Shown: piece by piece, positions 60,357 to 64,000 of the stretch
Position numbering within the stretch: the first letter of the stretch is position 1
How the letters are laid out: each line of letters begins with the position of its first letter
From: Nitrospinales bacterium
Lineage (GTDB): Bacteria; Nitrospinota; Nitrospinia; Nitrospinales; VA-1
DNA: 64,000 nt
Direction of reading: 5' to 3'
Assembly (NCBI GenBank): GCA_965223795.1
Contig: CBDCXL010000002.1
Coordinates: forward strand, 2,080,001 to 2,144,000
Notes under the pieces: generated by a model
Seen by the model: only the letters and a program-made list of their open reading frames with translations
Databases searched by the model: none
What the model was told of the DNA's origin: nothing
Translations under genes and position numbers: made by a program

Positions 60357-60956
60357 ATGAAGAACAGCCGCTTGCGGGCGATTTCCGTTTCGTTGGGTGG
60401 ATGCTTTTTTCTGCTGATTTTTTGTGTCGGTCCGGTTGCGGCCCTGCCTGCCGGGGAGATATCGCGGGATTCCACGAATATCCCCGTGCCGTTTTTGAAT
60501 CGGATTTCGGATCACGGGATCCGGCTTGTGGTGCACGGCGGTGCGCCGCACCCGCCCAAAAAAGCCGTTGTGGACGAGCAGCCCGGGATCTGCCCGCAAC
60601 AGCGTAACACGCCGCAGGCGCCCAGGGAGATTCAGGCGATGACCAATCCGCTTGAACCGACGGCAAAAAACCTGACGGCGGGCGAGACGCTGTTCAAGAT
60701 CGACGCCCAGCCGACGGCCTGCAAAGTGTGTCACGGCCTGGGCGGAGATGGCCTGGGCATCATTTTCGAGCGGCTGCAGCCCAAACCGCGCAATTTCACC
60801 TGCTATTATACGATGGACGATATATCCGACGGGCAGATGTTCTGGATCATCAAAAACGGTTCTCCCGGCACGGCCATGCCTGCATTCAGATCTTTGAGTG
60901 ACAGGGAAATCTGGCAGTTGATATTATATGTGCGTCAGTTTTCGGGAAAACAGTGA
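60357..60956 (+). CDS. Monoheme cytochrome c (paralog 1 of 4)
   Basis: Signal peptide; CPQQRNTP, CKVCH, PRNFTC and GTAMP motifs. Confidence 0.9.
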   Translation: MKNSRLRAISVSLGGCFFLLIFCVGPVAALPAGEISRDSTNIPVPFLNRISDHGIRLVVHGGAPHPPKKAVVDEQPGICPQQRNTPQAPREIQAMTNPLEPTAKNLTAGETLFKIDAQPTACKVCHGLGGDGLGIIFERLQPKPRNFTCYYTMDDISDGQMFWIIKNGSPGTAMPAFRSLSDREIWQLILYVRQFSGKQ

Positions 60957-61017
60957 AGGACGATGGCGGTCGAACGATTTCCCGCGTTCGACCGGTGAGA
61001 ACGAAAGAGGAAGGCAG

Positions 61018-61641
61018 ATGACTCGACTTAAAGATGAACGGTCCGTTCGCAATGATCGGAGCGTCGCTCAATGGAAGCAGCGCTTTGGTTTGAATCTGAA
61101 TGCGCGCAACAACTTTCGCAAAGTAACTTTGCAATCCGTTTGCGCGGGCCTTGTGCTGTTTTTAATGGCAGGCGATCTGTTCGCTCTGCCCAGCGGCATG
61201 CACCGGCCGGGCAGGCAGCATGATACGCCGAATCAACTGCATCCCGGCATCCACAGTGAAGGTCATGTCGGGCCGGGTGTCTGCCCGCAAAAGAGAACCA
61301 CGCCGCAGGCGCCGGATGATTATCTCAACCGCAAAAATCCCCTCGAGCCCACCGAAGAGATTCTCTACGCCGGTGAAGCTCTCTTTCAGGTGGACGCGCA
61401 GCCCACGGCCTGCAAGATCTGCCACGGGGCGTCGGGCAACGGTTTCGGGATGATGGCGCCGGGGCTCAATCCGCCGCCGCGCAATTTCAAATGCGCGGAA
61501 ACCATGAAATCCATACCGGACGGCCAGTTGTTCTGGGTCATACAGAAAGGTTCCCCGGGAACGCAAATGCCGCCTTATCCGTTTCTCACGGATGAACAGA
61601 TCTGGCAGATCGTCCATTATCTGAGAAGCCTGTATAAGTGA
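61018..61641 (+). CDS. Monoheme cytochrome c (paralog 2 of 4)
   Basis: CPQKRTTP, CKICH, PRNFKC and GTQMP motifs. Start is uncertain. Confidence 0.9.
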   Translation: MTRLKDERSVRNDRSVAQWKQRFGLNLNARNNFRKVTLQSVCAGLVLFLMAGDLFALPSGMHRPGRQHDTPNQLHPGIHSEGHVGPGVCPQKRTTPQAPDDYLNRKNPLEPTEEILYAGEALFQVDAQPTACKICHGASGNGFGMMAPGLNPPPRNFKCAETMKSIPDGQLFWVIQKGSPGTQMPPYPFLTDEQIWQIVHYLRSLYK

Positions 61642-62150
61642 TCTCCCGGCTCTGGGATCCTCACACTGTGGCGGTCGGGTTTGTGCTGTCCGCGATTGTA
61701 TTCACCGGCGCGGCCCGCTCTCCCGCCGGTGTCCAACCCGAAGTCCCGCAAAAGACGCCGGAGTTCATGCGGACGGCTGCGGGCATCTGCCCGCAGAAGC
61801 GCAAGACCCGCCGCGCCCCGCGGCGATATCTCAAAAAAATCAATCCGCTAAAGGATACGGAAGCGAACCTGAAGCAGGGGGAGGCGCTTTACAACAAGGA
61901 CGCGAAGCCGACCGCCTGCCGCCTGTGCCACGGTGTGCGCGGCACCGGCAACGGCAAGCTGGCGATGCCGCTGGATCCGCCGCCGCGCAATTTCACCTGC
62001 GCGGAAAACATGCAGGGTATTTCGGACGGACAGCTTTTCTGGATCATCGCAAACGGATCCAAGGGAACGGGGATGCCGGCGCACGATCGCACGCTGACCG
62101 ATCGGGAGATTTGGCAATTGATCTTATATATCAGGCGTTTTTCGCGTTGA
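61638..62150 (+). CDS. Monoheme cytochrome c (paralog 3 of 4)
   Basis: GTGA overlap with the upstream stop; CPQKRKT, CRLCH, PRNFTC and GTGMP motifs. Confidence 0.9.
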   Translation: MISRLWDPHTVAVGFVLSAIVFTGAARSPAGVQPEVPQKTPEFMRTAAGICPQKRKTRRAPRRYLKKINPLKDTEANLKQGEALYNKDAKPTACRLCHGVRGTGNGKLAMPLDPPPRNFTCAENMQGISDGQLFWIIANGSKGTGMPAHDRTLTDREIWQLILYIRRFSR

Positions 62151-62273
62151 TGGTGGGGAGGAAGCAGGCCGACATTGACTGTCGCTCAAAAATTGAGTAA
62201 TTTCAAAAAAACAATCAATCCGAATCGATTTGAATCCTACCCGCTGGTACTTCGGGGTGCACACTATACAGAC

Positions 62274-62846
62274 ATGAAAACTTCCGCCACGACGCATCCA
62301 TTCTGTTTTACAGCGTTCGCCTTGCTTTTTTTTCTGACCGCCGCCTCGCCCGCGGGCGCGCAGGATTTCTGGGAATACTTTGAACCCGATCCGGCGGAAA
62401 AGACCCAGGAAAAGGCCAAGTCCAAAACCGCGGCAAAAGAGGAAAACGACGAGGAGCCGCCGAAGGTTCCGTGCCCGCAGGAAAGGAGCACGCCCAAGGC
62501 TCCGGATGCGATCTACCACATGAAAAACCCGGTTCCGCAAACCCAGAAAAACATTTTGATGGGCAAGCATCTCTATCTGGAAAAAGCGCAGTCGCTGCAA
62601 TGCAAGCACTGTCACGGGGTCCACGGCGACGGCACCGGCGAGCTGGGCATGTGGGCGAACCCCTTGCCGCGCAACTTCACCTGCTGGGAAATGATGAAAG
62701 AAATCCCGGACGGACAGATGTTCTGGGTGATCAAAAAAGGCGTGCCCAACACGGCCATGCCTTCCTATGACAATCTCAGCGACGAGGACATCTGGAAGCT
62801 GGTCATGTATGTGCGGAAGTTTTCCCGCTCCCGCTTTTCTAAATAG
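62274..62846 (+). CDS. Monoheme cytochrome c (paralog 4 of 4)
   Basis: Signal peptide; CPQERSTP, CKHCH, PRNFTC and NTAMP motifs. Confidence 0.9.
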   Translation: MKTSATTHPFCFTAFALLFFLTAASPAGAQDFWEYFEPDPAEKTQEKAKSKTAAKEENDEEPPKVPCPQERSTPKAPDAIYHMKNPVPQTQKNILMGKHLYLEKAQSLQCKHCHGVHGDGTGELGMWANPLPRNFTCWEMMKEIPDGQMFWVIKKGVPNTAMPSYDNLSDEDIWKLVMYVRKFSRSRFSK

Positions 62847-62895
62847 ACAGGGAAGGACGGACGTTTTCCCGAGCGCGGCGCTTCGCGGCGGCCCG

Positions 62896-64000
62896 TTAAT
62901 GGATGGTCAGCTTTTTGTATTTGGAGCGGCGGTTTTCTTCGCGGCCTCCCAGTTCCTGTTTGCGCTTTTCGCTGTATTCCTCGAAGTTCCCCTCAAACCA
63001 GCGCACCCTGCTTTCCCCCTCGAAGATCAACAGATGTGTGCAGATGCGGTCGAGAAAGAAGCGGTCGTGGCTGATGACCAGAACGCAGCCTGAGAAATTG
63101 AGGATCGCGTTTTCCAGGCTGCTCAGGGTGGTGACGTCCAGGTCGTTGGTGGGCTCGTCCAGCAGCAGGACGTTGCCGCCGCGGCGCAGCAGTTTCGCGA
63201 GGTGCACGCGGTTGCGTTCGCCGCCGGACAGATCGGAAACTTTTTTCTGCTGGTCGGTGCCCTTGAAGTTGAACCGGCCCACATAGGATCGTGAGTTGAC
63301 GGTGCGGCCGGCGATTTCGATCTGGTCGGTCCCGTCGGTGATTTCCTCGAACACGGTTTTGGACGCATCCAGCTCATGCCGGTGCTGGTCCACGTAGGCG
63401 AGGTTCACGGTGGAGCCGAGCTTCAGGCTGCCTTCGTCGGGTTTTTCTTCGCCGACGATCATGCGGAACAGCGTCGTCTTGCCGGTGCCGTTGGGACCGA
63501 TGAGACCGACGATGGCGCCGCGCGGGACGGTGAAGCTCAAGTCCTTCAATAAAACGTTGCCGCCGTAGCCTTTGCTCAGCCCCTCCACTTCCAGCACCTG
63601 TTCTCCCAGCGGCTGGCCGGGGGCGATCTGGATCTCGAGCGAGTTTTCGGCGATGTCCTCCTGGCTGGCGACGAGTTTTTCGTACTCGCGCACGCGGCTT
63701 TTGTTCTGCTTGCGGCGGGCGCCGGGGGTGGCGCGCAGCCAGTCGAGTTCCTTGGCGATGCGTTTTTTCAGATGATCGGAACTTTTCTCCTGGTGCTTGA
63801 GGCGCGCGGCCTTCTGTTCCAGCCAGGCGCTGTAATTGCCTTCGAAGGGAATGCCGCGGCCGCGTTCCAGTTCCAGAATCCATTTGGTGATGTTGTCGAG
63901 AAAGTAGCGGTCGTGGGTGGACACGATGACGTTGCCGGGATAGGAAGCGAGCGCTTCCTCCAGCCATTGCACGGTTTCCGCGTCGAGGTGGTTGGTGGGC
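62896..64000 (-). CDS. ettA: Energy-dependent translational throttle ABC-F protein (5' end outside the window)
   Basis: PTNHLD, ILELERGRGIPFEGNYSAWLEQK, GPNGTGKT, LSGGERNR and LLDEPTNDLD motifs. Confidence 0.92.
   Translation of the reverse strand, partial: PTNHLDAETVQWLEEALASYPGNVIVSTHDRYFLDNITKWILELERGRGIPFEGNYSAWLEQKAARLKHQEKSSDHLKKRIAKELDWLRATPGARRKQNKSRVREYEKLVASQEDIAENSLEIQIAPGQPLGEQVLEVEGLSKGYGGNVLLKDLSFTVPRGAIVGLIGPNGTGKTTLFRMIVGEEKPDEGSLKLGSTVNLAYVDQHRHELDASKTVFEEITDGTDQIEIAGRTVNSRSYVGRFNFKGTDQQKKVSDLSGGERNRVHLAKLLRRGGNVLLLDEPTNDLDVTTLSSLENAILNFSGCVLVISHDRFFLDRICTHLLIFEGESRVRWFEGNFEEYSEKRKQELGGREENRRSKYKKLTIH

Overview
A gene-dense, GC-rich bacterial chromosomal window, mostly core or housekeeping content. 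I recognised no rRNA, tRNA, CRISPR array, integrase or transposase. The gene mix is reminiscent of a Gram-negative chemolithotroph such as Nitrospinota, but that is an impression and not a placement. In order, it contains: (1) an M20 peptidase whose reading frame is interrupted near 430-446; (2) a ~20 kb surface-glycan region (three ArnT-like GT-C enzymes, GT4/GT9/GT2 glycosyltransferases, methyltransferases, a cupin, two NDP-sugar epimerases); (3) housekeeping genes (DDAH, trxA, bioB, aroA, long-form thyX, pntAB, msrP, cutA, priA, PPIases, maf); (4) a radical SAM/SPASM-like gene and a wzx-neuB-like pair; (5) a co-oriented 6.5 kb cluster at 56354-62846, followed by a partial ettA. That cluster is the best candidate for an undescribed system. 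It encodes a secreted DUF1264/OBAP-like protein, a monoheme cytochrome c, an MBL-fold persulfide dioxygenase-rhodanese fusion, a Cyc2-like cytochrome-porin fusion and four tandem paralogous monoheme cytochromes that share an extra Cys pair. Other notable observations are an orphan operator-flanked promoter that may drive a small RNA (34012-34113), a 45-aa lipoprotein missed by the ORF track, and a REP-like palindrome. All calls come from reading motifs by eye; no database searches were run.
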